This document shows positions 9,796 to 19,478 of a stretch of DNA of 64,000 nucleotides, piece by piece. The number at the start of each line of letters is the position of its first letter. Position 1 is the stretch's first letter. Below the pieces are notes generated by a model that searched no databases, had not been told where the DNA came from, and worked only from the letters and a program-made list of their open reading frames with translations. The position numbers were made by a program, and so were the translations under genes. The DNA comes from Nitrospirota bacterium (GTDB lineage: Bacteria; Nitrospirota; UBA9217): positions 416,001-480,000 of the forward strand of contig CAWJQQ010000002.1 of assembly GCA_963845065.1 (NCBI GenBank), in the 5' to 3' direction.

Positions 9796-12465
9796 ATGGG
9801 CAAGGGAAAGGCGTGTTTTGTAAGTGGAGCGTTCATATGCTTTCTGCTTTTGTCGTTGTCGATGCGGGCAGTCGCAGCCTCTGACATTGTCCGTGCGACG
9901 CTTGGAAACGGTCTGCGCGTAGTGATCGTGCCGAATGATCTTGCGCCCGTAGTTACCACGGAAGTAAACTATCTTGTGGGTTCTAACGAAGCGCCCGCTG
10001 GATTTCCCGGCATGGCTCATGCCCAGGAGCATATGATGTTTCGCGGCAACCCGGGAATGTCTGCCGCTCAGCTTGCGAACATTATCGCATTAATGGGAGG
10101 CAAGTTCAACGCAGACACTCAGCAGACCGTGACCCAGTATTTCCTTACGGTGCCCAAAGATGACATAGATGTAGCGCTGAAGGTAGAATCGGTACGCATG
10201 CGTGATGTCCTAGACTCCGAAAAGCTTTGGGCACAAGAACGAGGAGCCATCGAGCAGGAGGTGGCACAGGACCTGTCGAATCCCGAGTACGTTTTTTTCA
10301 TACGGCTTCTTGAGAATATGTTCAGCAATACACCCTATGCCCACGATGCCCTGGGCACGCGGCCTTCGTTCGATAAGACGACCGGTGCAATGCTCAAGGA
10401 ATTCTACAACACGTGGTATGCACCGAACAATGCTATTCTTATTATCGCAGGTGATGTAAATCCGGCCAAGACCCTGGAAAAGGTGAAGGAACTGTTCGAA
10501 TCGATCCCTGCTAAAAGTTTACCACCACGCCCGGATATTCACCTTGAGGCACTAAGGCCGTCTTCGATCAAGCTGGATACCGACCTTCCCTATGGGCTTG
10601 CCATGGTGACATTCCGTCTGCCCGGCTACGACAGCCCTGACTATGCAGCTGGGCAAATCCTGGCTGATGTTCTGGACAGCCGCAGGGGAAGCCTCTATAC
10701 GCTAGTTACTGAAGGTAAGGCGCTCTTCACCGGATTCGACGGCGAGTCACTTCCAAAAGCATCGTTCGGGTATGCTACAGCAGCATTTCCCTCCGGTTGG
10801 GATGGTTCTGCACTTGTTGCTGCAATAAAAAATATAGTGGCCGATTACGTGAAAAACGGGGTTCCGGCCGATATCGTTGAGGCGTCAAAACACCATGAGA
10901 TTACGGACGCTGAATTTCAGTCCAATTCCATATCCGGGCTCGCTGCGGTTTGGTCCCAGGCGCTTGCCGTGGAGGGCCGCTCCTCTCCGGATGACGATAT
11001 TGTTGCAATCAAAAAAGTGACAGAAGCAGACGTGAACCGCGTTCTCAGGGAATACCTCGTAAATGATACCGCGATTACAGCCGTTCTTACACCGCGCCCC
11101 TCGGGAAAACCTGTATCAACAAAAGGGTTCGGTGGCAATGAGTCGTTTGCCCCGGCTGAGACCACTCATGCCAAACTTCCTCTTTGGGCGAAAAGAGTTG
11201 ATTTATTACCGGGCGTCCCGATTTCCCGAGTAAAACCCACGGTCTCTACATTGCCTAATGGTATTCGTTTGATCGTTCAACCGGAAAACGTCAGTCCAAC
11301 GATTACTGTTATGGGGCAAATCAAGAATAAACCGGATCTTGAAGAACCCCCAGGACAGGAAGGAGTCGCTGATATCCTGGAAAACCTGTTCTCTTACGGG
11401 ACAACGTCTCTGGATCGGTTGGCGTTTCAGAAGGCACAGGACGACATCGGAGCTACCATCTCGGCTGGTACGAGTTTTTCACTTAAGGTTCTCTCCGAAT
11501 ACTTTGACCGCGGCATGGCGCTTCTTGCTGACGATCTACTGCATCCCGCCCTACCCAATTCTGCGTTCGAAATCGTGCGGCAGCAAAAATTAAGCTCGCT
11601 GCCGGGACTGCTTAGAAGTCCTTCTTATATTTCGCGGCGAACACTGCGTGAGGATCTCTATCCCAAAAATGACCCATCGCTCCGCCAGGCTTTGCCTGAG
11701 ACAGTAAGCAAACTTACGTTAAAAGAACTCAGGTCCTATTATGATACGGCGTTTCGCCCCGACCTAACGACGATCGTTGTCATCGGTCGGACAACTCCCG
11801 AGCAAGCCAGGGGCATAGTTGAAAAGTATCTCGGATCATGGGAGTCGCATGGAAACAAGCCGGAGACAGACCTCCCTCCGGTACCGACCAACAAGCCCTC
11901 TATGTCAACGGTGCCCGATGCAAGCAGGGTCCAGGATCAGGTAACACTGGCCGAGACGATGGGCATCACGCGTTCTTCCCCCGACTATTACAAACTTGTG
12001 CTCGGTAATCATGTATTGTCAGGAGCATTCTACGCTTCCCGGCTATATCACGATCTGCGTGAGAAGGCCGGTCTGGTTTATACAGTTGATTCGTTCATAG
12101 AAGCGAAAAAGACCCGCTCTCTTTTCGGAGTCTTCTTTGCCTGTGATCCACCAAACGTTGACAAGGCGCGTACCATGGTGGAACGTGACTTGGGAACAAT
12201 GCAAACTGCCCCTGTTACCCAAACTGAATTGCGACGGGCCAAAATTCTGCTGATAAGGCAGTTGCCACTTTCAGAGGCAAGCACGGACAGCATCGCCCAG
12301 GGAATGCTTTCCCGTTCCCAGGAAGACTTGCCGCTCGACGAGCCTGTGAAGGCCGCCGAACAGTACCTGCACATCTCGTCAAAACAGGTGCAAAATGCCT
12401 TTACCCAATGGATCCGGCCAAAAGGGTTTGCTCAAGTAACGCTAGGCCCGAATCCGAGCCCCTGA
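9796..12465 (+). CDS. M16 (pitrilysin/insulinase) family zinc peptidase, fused two-half form
   Basis: HAQEH (HxxEH) motif, LGNGLRVVI and LPNGIRLIV domain starts, SRLYHDLREKAGLVY; start placed at ATG after AAGGAG RBS. Confidence 0.92.
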   Translation: MGKGKACFVSGAFICFLLLSLSMRAVAASDIVRATLGNGLRVVIVPNDLAPVVTTEVNYLVGSNEAPAGFPGMAHAQEHMMFRGNPGMSAAQLANIIALMGGKFNADTQQTVTQYFLTVPKDDIDVALKVESVRMRDVLDSEKLWAQERGAIEQEVAQDLSNPEYVFFIRLLENMFSNTPYAHDALGTRPSFDKTTGAMLKEFYNTWYAPNNAILIIAGDVNPAKTLEKVKELFESIPAKSLPPRPDIHLEALRPSSIKLDTDLPYGLAMVTFRLPGYDSPDYAAGQILADVLDSRRGSLYTLVTEGKALFTGFDGESLPKASFGYATAAFPSGWDGSALVAAIKNIVADYVKNGVPADIVEASKHHEITDAEFQSNSISGLAAVWSQALAVEGRSSPDDDIVAIKKVTEADVNRVLREYLVNDTAITAVLTPRPSGKPVSTKGFGGNESFAPAETTHAKLPLWAKRVDLLPGVPISRVKPTVSTLPNGIRLIVQPENVSPTITVMGQIKNKPDLEEPPGQEGVADILENLFSYGTTSLDRLAFQKAQDDIGATISAGTSFSLKVLSEYFDRGMALLADDLLHPALPNSAFEIVRQQKLSSLPGLLRSPSYISRRTLREDLYPKNDPSLRQALPETVSKLTLKELRSYYDTAFRPDLTTIVVIGRTTPEQARGIVEKYLGSWESHGNKPETDLPPVPTNKPSMSTVPDASRVQDQVTLAETMGITRSSPDYYKLVLGNHVLSGAFYASRLYHDLREKAGLVYTVDSFIEAKKTRSLFGVFFACDPPNVDKARTMVERDLGTMQTAPVTQTELRRAKILLIRQLPLSEASTDSIAQGMLSRSQEDLPLDEPVKAAEQYLHISSKQVQNAFTQWIRPKGFAQVTLGPNPSP

Positions 12466-12565
12466 GCGGGCTTACAAAAAAAGAATGCTTCCCGCCGAGT
12501 GCGGAAATGGGTTCCGGAGCGAGTTGGCAGCAATAGTCGGGCTAGTCTCAAAGAAAATGGCTGGT

Positions 12566-13081
12566 ATGAAGACGATTGTGTTACTATTCTGCTGTCTCAT
12601 ACTTCTTCAGGGTTGCGTCTATCCGATTTCAAAGGATCTTGTTGAAAAAACGGACAGGACCATCACATTTGAAATGCTGCAGGCAGACCCCAATCTGTAT
12701 AAGGGGAAGGTCATCATTCTCGGTGGGAGTATCGCCGCAATCACCGGCATTGTGGACGGTTCGCTGATCGACGTTTACCAGACCCCTCTTGATTACTGGG
12801 GCAGGCCCATCAGCACAAATAAATCAAGGGGGCAGTTTCTGATATATACGCCGATATATGTCGATCCTGATATCTACTCGCCTGGCAGTGAGATCACCGT
12901 AGCCGGTGAAACCGAAGGAACAACACTAAAACTGCCCGGTAATACGGAACTCCCCAAAGACACCTATCCCGTTCTTGTTTCAAAGGAACTCAAGCTCTGG
13001 CCGAGAAAGCAGGGCTCGGAGGATCCCAACTGGTGGGATCATCTTTGGGATCCGCTTTCCCCGATATATTATCCCATGTAA
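12566..13081 (+). CDS. Slp-family outer membrane lipoprotein
   Basis: Lipobox LLQGC; YKGKVIILGGSI, PLDYWGRP, DPDIYSPGSEITVAG, YPVLVSKELKLWP. Confidence 0.85.
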   Translation: MKTIVLLFCCLILLQGCVYPISKDLVEKTDRTITFEMLQADPNLYKGKVIILGGSIAAITGIVDGSLIDVYQTPLDYWGRPISTNKSRGQFLIYTPIYVDPDIYSPGSEITVAGETEGTTLKLPGNTELPKDTYPVLVSKELKLWPRKQGSEDPNWWDHLWDPLSPIYYPM

Positions 13082-13463
13082 TAGTGCGAGGGCAGGCATG
13101 CTCAAGTGGATCTATACAACAACAGGAACTTTCGTGGACTCCTCCCCCGGTCGAAGATGTTGATGGAAAAGCGTATGTGGGGTCGGGAGGCAATAAGCTC
13201 GATGCCATAAACTCCAATGGCACAAAAGGGGAAGGAGGTTTTTTTTCCTACCGCCATTGATGGCGGGACCGCGTAAACTTACCAACAATATTCATTATCA
13301 TGGATTGACTTAGTATTTCTTGAAAAACCGCGGCCCCTGATTTACACTCACCATCCTTCATTCTCTAACGTCGGTTCGCCGATTCTGTAAAACGCCATGC
13401 GATTTCATCATTTCTGTACATATGTATAGCTGTGCCTCAATGGCAATATAACAAAACAACTTT

Positions 13464-14841
13464 GGCTCTTCCGGGTTTCCTATGGGTCGCATTTAGGGCC
13501 GGAAAGCGGTTTCAACCGCGACTGGTGCGGTTAGTTTGAGTTTATCGTTCTTTGAAAACTTGACACGTTTCGGTGCAGGGAGTATGGTCTTGTCTCATGA
13601 AGAAGACCACTCTCCGCTCGCTCTACAGCTTTCCGGGTTTCCAAGCTCTAGCTACGTTGAAGGAGGTTCCGGAAGACCCCCGTGCCCGCATCATCGTCCT
13701 TCGACGTCGACAAAAAAAACGATTTGCTCCTGTGGTCACTCGCAAAAGGGTTTCTACGATCGGATCATCCATCAGGTCAGGGACCTCGATTCCGGCGGCA
13801 TTCGCATTTATCTTGAGTTTGAGTATCGCCGGGTGCGCTGCAAGGGGTGCCAGACCGTGAAGCGCGAAACTCTCGCATGGCTGGCATCATCAAAACGCTT
13901 CACGGATCGTTTTGAGCAGGCAATCGGTCGTCAGTGCCGTGAGATGTCCATTGTCCGCGTAGCTGAGATGAATCGCCTGAGTTGGGACCAGGTCCGGCGC
14001 ATCGAGAAGAACTACATGCGTGCGCTCCTGGCCAAACATCCACCGTCCGATAATCTTCGGGCCATAGGAGTCGACGAGATATCTATCTCCAAGGGCCATA
14101 CCTATGCAATCGTCGTCGCGGATCTGGATGAAAAGCGACCGATCTGGCTTGGCGGCGAAGGCCGCCGAGAAGAGGATATGGACCTCTTTTTCAATGAAAT
14201 CGGACCGGAGCGAGCGAAAGGCATCCAGCTTGCGGTCATGGATATGTGGAAAGCCTTTAGAAACTCCACAATGAGCCATGCACCATCCGCGCAGTTCGTC
14301 TTCGATAAGTTCCATGTGCTTAATCATCTCTCGATGGCCATGGACGAAGTCAGGCGGCGCGAGTACAAACGTGTCAGTGAGAAAGAACGACGGTTCATCA
14401 AGGGCCAGCGCTATACGCTGCTTTCTAACCGGGACAACTTGGACCTGGATGGCAGGCGATCCTTGAAACTTTTGCTTAAAGCCAATAGCCGCATCCACAA
14501 GGCCTATCTTCTCAAAGAATCTTTCGGTCAGCTCTGGTCATACAATAATCCGACCTGGGCGCGGAAGTTCTTCGAGAACTGGAAAGTGCAACTCCGCTGG
14601 AGCCGTTTGGAACCGTTTCAGAAATTCGCTGCACTGGTCGAACGTCACTGGGATGGCATCATCAGTTACTGCAATCCCGATAACAAAGTCTCCCTCGGCT
14701 TCATGGAGGGATTGAACAACAAGATCCGGGTGATTCAACGTCGGGCTTATGGCATCAGGGATAGGGAATATCTTCGACTCAAGGTACTTACATCCTTTCT
14801 CTCAGATGCAAAAAATGACCCACACTAAACCCAGAAGACCC
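13464..14841 (+). mobile_element. Complete ISL3-family IS, 1378 bp, 8-bp target duplication
   Basis: IRL GGCTCTTCCGGGTTTCCTATGGGTC and IRR (rc) GGGTCTTCTGGGTTTAGTGTGGGTC; direct repeat ACAACTTT at 13456-13463 and 14842-14849. Confidence 0.95.
13597..14828 (+). CDS. ISL3-family transposase, probably expressed through a -1 frameshift at the A8 run 13712-13719
   Basis: ATG 13597 frame MKKTTLRSLYSFPGF...RRRQKK joins the -1 frame TICSCGHSQKGFYD...RRVRCKGC; GVDE, MDMW, FDKFHV, EGLNNKIRVIQRRAYG motifs. Confidence 0.85.
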
Positions 14842-14873
14842 ACAACTTTCGATGATAAAAAAAATGGTCGTTA

Positions 14874-15062
14874 ATGCGACAAGGAGAAATATTTTGCTGT
14901 CCACGTTGCAACGTCAAAATACATGCCGATGAGCATGTTGCGGACACTATAGGTAATTACCTATTGCTGCATCCTAATACGGTCGAACAAATAACACTGC
15001 ATCTTCCAAAGGGTCGGCTATGCTCCGTAAGGAATCGCCTTGTTGGAAGCTCAAACCATTAG
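14874..15062 (+). pseudogene. Remnant of a TnpB-like C-terminal zinc ribbon/RuvC-III
   Basis: RQGEIFCCPRCNVKIHADEHVADTI resembles the TnpB R.G..F.C..C....HAD..AA.NI ending. Confidence 0.6.
14994..15058 (+). repeat. Structured 65-bp repeat, copy A
   Basis: ACACTGCATCTTCCAAAGGGTCGGCTATGCTCCGTAAGGAATCGCCTTGTTGGAAGCTCAAACCA; stem CTTCCAA/TTGGAAG; homologous to 15899-15959 on the minus strand. Confidence 0.75.
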
Positions 15063-15152
15063 ATTAGTATTATCTTTTCAGAATGTCTCTCTGCTTAATA
15101 TATATCGGTTCTTTACAAAATGGTTGAAGAGAGGGAAAAGTCAAAGTGAACT

Positions 15153-15803
15153 ATGATCCCGCTTAAAGATATCGACCGCAAACCCTCACGTTTCCCGGCT
15201 ATAACTACTCTGATCATCGGGGTGAATTCACTTGTATTCCTGCTTGAGCTGGTGAATGGACCAACCTTTATCGCCCGATGGTCATATAATCCGTTAGAAA
15301 TTATTTCAGGGCGAAACTGGATTACAATACTGACCGCCATGTTTATACATGGTGGCTGGTTGCATATAATAGGCAACATGATATTTTTTTGGGCGTTTGG
15401 ACCCGAGATCGAAGATATAATGGGAAGAGCAAGATTCCTGGTTTTTTATTTATCAGGCGGATTGGCGGCATCCCTAGCACAGGTGCTCATTAGCCCCGAC
15501 TCCTCCAGCCTGAATCTGGGGGCAAGCGGTGCGATTGCAGCGGTTATGGGAGCATTTCTCATCACCTTTCCCCGCGACAGGATTCGCACAATTGTTTTTT
15601 TCGGATTTTTTGTAACTATTTTATTTGTTCCGGCGATCATCCTTGTAGGATTATGGTTCGCCCTTCAGTTATTCAGCGAGGTCGGCTCGCTGGCAATGCA
15701 GCAGACTGGCGGTGGGATAGCGTATGCGGCGCATGTCGGAGGATTTCTGTTCGGCATGATTTTTGCTTCTTTATTTGAGTCCCACCGGCGACGCGATAAA
15801 TAG
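15153..15803 (+). CDS. Rhomboid-family intramembrane serine protease
   Basis: MFIHGGWLHIIGNM, GASGA (catalytic Ser), AHVGG (catalytic His). Confidence 0.95.
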   Translation: MIPLKDIDRKPSRFPAITTLIIGVNSLVFLLELVNGPTFIARWSYNPLEIISGRNWITILTAMFIHGGWLHIIGNMIFFWAFGPEIEDIMGRARFLVFYLSGGLAASLAQVLISPDSSSLNLGASGAIAAVMGAFLITFPRDRIRTIVFFGFFVTILFVPAIILVGLWFALQLFSEVGSLAMQQTGGGIAYAAHVGGFLFGMIFASLFESHRRRDK

Positions 15804-15898
15804 GCCAAAACGATCTGAAGCCGATAAACAGTAATGTGGCAATGAATGGCCCTGGGCATCATGGAGATGGTAGTGAATGCTCCCGCACAACCAAATGT

Positions 15899-15959
15899 TG
15901 GTTCGGGCTTCCAAGAAAGCAGTTCCTCATTAGGGATAGCCGTTTGGAAGAGGCAGTGT
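15899..15959 (-). repeat. Structured 61-bp repeat, copy B (inverted relative to copy A)
   Basis: rc ACACTGCCTCTTCCAAACGGCTATCCCTAATGAGGAACTGCTTTCTTGGAAGCCCGAACCA; 48/61 identical to copy A by manual alignment with one 4-nt gap. Confidence 0.75.
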
Positions 15960-16184
15960 AACTTACGAGAGTTTCTTATCGCAAACTTTGTTGTGATTTA
16001 CATGTTGAACGTATCGTTCTAAGACACCATGTTAGAGCCCATGTCAAATCACAAATTAGTCATGTTGCGCTGTAGGAATGAGTTTTTTATCTAGGTACGA
16101 TAAAAGGTAATATTTGCCAGGGCGCATAAGGAATGCATTCCGATTAGAAATCGGGATTGTATCGATCGGCACAGGAGATTAAAC

Positions 16185-19100
16185 ATGACAACAGGAAATA
16201 TATCAGCGTGCATATTATGGTTTACTCTTTCTCTCACTGTGTGTCAGACAAACCTTTATGGTGAGGATAAAAAACCTACCCTGTCATTGCCAGTCTACCG
16301 CCTCTCTGTCTCATTTGACTTGAAAAATAATCTTTTGATAGGCAGAGCGGTAATTACGCTACCCGAGGCTGGAGGTATAACGGTTTCTCCTGGCGAGCTC
16401 AGGATCACGTCAGTCATGTTGAACAGATCGCCCGTGGATTATAGAACTAAGGACAATCTGTTGAAGATTACCGGCACTGGGATACTCGAAATAACATACA
16501 AGAAGACCTTCCGTGGAGATACGGGAAACACTGAAAATCTTGAGAATGCAGGCGTTGTCCCTACCGGGGTGGTGGACGAGGGAGGCATCTCGCTAACGGG
16601 CAACTGGTATCCTGCAATTGACGGACTTGCTTATTATAAGCTCACCGCTCTTGTTCCAAATAATTTCATTGCCATATCGGAGGCGGATGAAATTACTGCG
16701 AAGAAAACCGCTTCGGGTAAAGAGTACGCATATGCTTTTTCGCACCCTTTAACTGGGATAGACTTCGTTGCGGGCAATTACCGTGAAGTCAGGGATACAG
16801 TTGATGGCATAGACATTTATGCCTACTTCTTCCCCGAAGACATTTCCCTTGCAGCCGACTATATCGAACACACAAAAAAGTATCTCAAAATGTACAATGA
16901 ACTACTCGTTCCCTATCCATACAAAAGATTCTCCATCGTAGAGAACATCCTGCCAACGGGCCTTTCCATGCCCACCTTTACCCTTCTAGGACGGGAAATC
17001 GTACGTCTCCCTTTTATTCTCAGGACCTCTCTGGGCCACGAGATCACTCATCAATGGTTCGGCAATTATGTTTATGCAGATTTTAAGAAAGGCAACTGGC
17101 TTGAAGCGATCACCAGTGATCTTTCCGACCATCTATATGAGGAACAGAAAGGTAAAGGATGGGAGTACAGGAAGAATATCCTCATCAATTTCCAGAGCTA
17201 TGTGACCCTCGATAAGGATTTCCCCCTCAGAGATTTCACGGAGAGGACCGGCTTCGCCTCTATGGCGATTGGTTATGGCAAAGGAGCTATGCTCTTTCAT
17301 ATGCTCGAGAACCTGCTTGGAAGAGACACATTCTATAAATCGTTACGGAGACTAATCGAGGACAATAAATTTAAGCAAGCCTCGTGGGCCGACGTTGAGA
17401 ATTCTTTTGAGCAGGTATCAGGCAAAGACCTCGCATGGTTTTTCAACCAGTGGCTCGACCGCAAGGGAGTGCCCTCCTTCGAAGTACAGTACCCAGGTGC
17501 TTTTGTTTATAATGGAATTCCGACCGCGTCATTCGAGCTCGTACAGAAGGGAGAGCCTTACAGGATGGAATTACCAGCAAAAGTTATTACAAGAACAGGT
17601 GAAGTGAAACAGTCGCTGGCATTGGAAAAAGAAAGGCAATATTTCGACATCGCTGCAGAAGACAACCCTTCAAATATAATCTTTGATGACGACTACAATA
17701 CTATGAGGACTCTTGCACACAATGAATTCCCTCCTGTTATCGCACGGCTACTCGGTGATGAAAAAAAGCTTATCGTTTACCCAGAAAAAGAGAAAGAAAT
17801 ATATGCCGGACTGATAGCCATTTTCAAAGGAGAAGGATTTGCTGCTAAAGGACAGCTTGAGGTGAATGATAAGGATATCCAGTCTTCCTCGCTCCTTATT
17901 CTGGGTTCTGAAAGCCCTGTACTTAAAAGGCTCTTCGGCGCGGCTGGTGAAAGAAAACCAGGATTTCTGCTTATCGTTAGAAATAACCCTCTGAATGCTT
18001 CAAAAGTTGTAGCCTATGCCAATGGAGATTCAAAAGAAGAAATCGATCTCGCTGTTGAAAAGATATTTCACTATGGGAAGTATTCAGTTTTGCGCTTTGA
18101 AAAAGGGAAAAATGTGACAAAGGAAATTGTCAATACAGAACGCGGTATGGTATTCAATCTTCATGCGTTGGTAGAGGGCGTCGAACCGGAAAAATCCCTG
18201 AAGCTCGATGAAATAATCGATGCAGTCAGCGATAAGCCTGTTATCTTCATCGGTGAACGGCACACTAATTATGAGGACCATAAGGTGGAACTTTCAGTAA
18301 TCATGGGTCTCTTTAAAAAAGGAAAGAAAATCGCTATCGGCATGGAAATGTTCCAAAAGCCTTTCCAGAAGGCAATCGATGAGTACCTCTCTGGGACCGT
18401 TGGTGAAAGAGAATTTCTAAAAAAGACGGAATATTTTAAGAGATGGGGGTTCGACTACAATTATTACCGGGAAATCATAGAATACGCCGGGGCGAAAGGT
18501 ATTCCAATTGTCGGATTGAACCAGCGGTCCGAGAACGTGGACAGAGTGGCCAAGGAAGGACTCGATGCCCTATCCGAAGAAGAAAGAAAAGAGATCCCTC
18601 AGGACATGGACATGTCTGATGATTCATATAAAAGACGCTTGAAGGATATCTATGAAGACCATCCTGGACAGATCTCCTTCGAGAACTTTTATCAATCGCA
18701 GATCATCTGGGATGAGACCATGGCGCACTCGGCAGCCCGGTTCCTAGAGGAAAGACCAGATCACCAAATAATCATTCTTGCCGGAGTTGAACATATCATG
18801 TATGGTTCGGGAATCCCAAGCAGGCTTCGCCGACTTACCGGCAGAGACTATGTCACACTTATAAACGGAACCTTCGACAGGGACATTGGCACCTATGTGC
18901 TGTTTCCCGAGCCCCTCAAACCTCCTTTTACAGCGAAACTTGGAGTGATTGCCCAGGAATCAGCGGGCATGGTGCATGTCACTAATTTCCCACCTGACAG
19001 TCCTGCGTTGAAATCAGGTCTTAGCAAGGGGGACATCATTACCTCTGTAGACGGCTGGAAGATACAGACCATAAACGATATAAAGATCGCCCTCTTTGAC

Positions 19101-19190
19101 AAGGAACCGGGCCAAACGGTAAGTGTGAAGGTGGTGAGAAAAAGACTTCTTTTCGGCGCGAGGGAACTTGAATTTAATCTCTCCCTGTAA
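16185..19190 (+). CDS. Exported M1-family aminopeptidase fused to ChaN-like and PDZ domains
   Basis: HEITHQWFGN..WLE (HExxH-E) and YGKGAM; ChaN-like FIGERH..H..IGMEMFQ..WDETMA; C-terminal PDZ (KLGV..SPALKSGLSKGDII). Confidence 0.85.
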   Translation: MTTGNISACILWFTLSLTVCQTNLYGEDKKPTLSLPVYRLSVSFDLKNNLLIGRAVITLPEAGGITVSPGELRITSVMLNRSPVDYRTKDNLLKITGTGILEITYKKTFRGDTGNTENLENAGVVPTGVVDEGGISLTGNWYPAIDGLAYYKLTALVPNNFIAISEADEITAKKTASGKEYAYAFSHPLTGIDFVAGNYREVRDTVDGIDIYAYFFPEDISLAADYIEHTKKYLKMYNELLVPYPYKRFSIVENILPTGLSMPTFTLLGREIVRLPFILRTSLGHEITHQWFGNYVYADFKKGNWLEAITSDLSDHLYEEQKGKGWEYRKNILINFQSYVTLDKDFPLRDFTERTGFASMAIGYGKGAMLFHMLENLLGRDTFYKSLRRLIEDNKFKQASWADVENSFEQVSGKDLAWFFNQWLDRKGVPSFEVQYPGAFVYNGIPTASFELVQKGEPYRMELPAKVITRTGEVKQSLALEKERQYFDIAAEDNPSNIIFDDDYNTMRTLAHNEFPPVIARLLGDEKKLIVYPEKEKEIYAGLIAIFKGEGFAAKGQLEVNDKDIQSSSLLILGSESPVLKRLFGAAGERKPGFLLIVRNNPLNASKVVAYANGDSKEEIDLAVEKIFHYGKYSVLRFEKGKNVTKEIVNTERGMVFNLHALVEGVEPEKSLKLDEIIDAVSDKPVIFIGERHTNYEDHKVELSVIMGLFKKGKKIAIGMEMFQKPFQKAIDEYLSGTVGEREFLKKTEYFKRWGFDYNYYREIIEYAGAKGIPIVGLNQRSENVDRVAKEGLDALSEEERKEIPQDMDMSDDSYKRRLKDIYEDHPGQISFENFYQSQIIWDETMAHSAARFLEERPDHQIIILAGVEHIMYGSGIPSRLRRLTGRDYVTLINGTFDRDIGTYVLFPEPLKPPFTAKLGVIAQESAGMVHVTNFPPDSPALKSGLSKGDIITSVDGWKIQTINDIKIALFDKEPGQTVSVKVVRKRLLFGARELEFNLSL

Positions 19191-19478
19191 AACTCATTGC
19201 TAAGAAGTGTTGAAAAAGGTATCAATTCACTAAAATATTATTTGTTGAAAAAATTTGGTTTATAAATGAGGTCAGGAGAATTATGGCAGAGAGGAATATT
19301 CTCGAGGAAAATTCATACCCCGAATTACGAATATCGCCATGTTGTTTTCCTCTGCAACAAGCACGCCTTAAGTATGAGAATGTCCAAGGTATCATTTTTA
19401 TGGATGGCTCTTTTGCTCGGGACTCACTATAATTGAATCTGGGTAGTAGTGTAAGAATAGTCCAATCCCGCACGGTTC

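Noticed and set aside
13033..13260. ORF with a PQQ/BamB-like repeat fragment
   Set aside because: Short, overlaps slp and has no credible start; at most a remnant
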